Below are positions 31,338-31,492 of a stretch of DNA of 31,492 nt, in pieces (position 1 is the stretch's first letter; every line of letters starts with the position of its first letter). The position numbers and the translations under genes are program-made. The DNA is from a bacterium. GTDB taxonomy: Bacteria; Eisenbacteria; RBG-16-71-46. The notes below the pieces were generated by a model. It saw nothing but the letters and a program-made list of their open reading frames with translations. It was not told where the DNA came from and made no database searches. The stretch is from positions 1 to 31,492 of the forward strand of contig JAYWEM010000193.1 in assembly GCA_043779265.1 (NCBI GenBank), given 5' to 3'.

Positions 31338-31365
31338 TGTCCGCTCCGGCCTCATTCCGACGCCA
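31338..31365 (+). promoter_or_regulatory. Second copy of candidate ECF promoter TGTCCG-N15-GACGCCA
   Basis: Intergenic, 52 nt upstream of ATG 31418; 21/28 identical to 28586-28613. Confidence 0.6.
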
Positions 31366-31417
31366 TGGATGAGTAGAGAGCCGTGGGTCGTCCCCTCGGC
31401 CGCCCAGGAGGTGGACC

Positions 31418-31492
31418 ATGTGCCGTCGAATCGTCGGAGTGCTCGTGCTGTGCCTTTTCGCGCTGTCCGCCTCGCCTGCGCCGAGCCTCGGC
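31418..31492 (+). CDS. 3'-truncated secreted protein (signal peptide only visible)
   Basis: AGGAGG SD at 31406-31411; MCRRIVGVLVLCLFALSASPAPSLG runs off the window edge. Confidence 0.7.
   Translation, partial: MCRRIVGVLVLCLFALSASPAPSLG

Overview
High-GC bacterial genomic window (roughly 70% GC by eye, not computed) with no rRNA, tRNA, CRISPR array or mobile element recognisable. Several secreted proteins end in a FlgD-Ig/T9SS-type-A-like C-terminal domain and one ends in a TWGxxKxLYR tail. This suggests an FCB-superphylum candidate lineage such as Ca. Eisenbacteria (inference only). Layout: (1) a 5'-truncated beta-propeller protein; (2) a ~14.5 kb surface-glycan locus: GT4+GT2 fusion, Wzm/Wzt ABC exporter, two GT2s, a GT87/DUF2029 GT-C, an antisense Dol-P-Man-synthase-like GT2, a WcaJ-like initiating transferase, and a convergent operon of secreted CTD protein -> O-antigen-ligase-like/TPR protein -> GT4; (3) Uup ABC-F ATPase and an atypical zinc-finger SDR; (4) two more secreted CTD proteins (a putative alpha/alpha-toroid enzyme and a beta-propeller/di-heme cytochrome c); (5) a zinc-ribbon membrane protein plus site-2 protease; (6) a frameshifted secreted alpha/beta-hydrolase with CTD; (7) an ECF sigma factor / membrane Ser/Thr kinase-TPR pair and the start of a secreted protein. 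Best leads: an identically spaced TGTCCG-N15-GACGCCA motif upstream of both the kinase and the next gene (candidate promoter of the kinase-linked ECF), and a secreted CTD cargo gene stop/start-overlapped with an O-ligase-like gene inside the glycan locus (candidate protein glycosylation or anchoring system). All family calls come from motifs recognised by eye; no database search was run.
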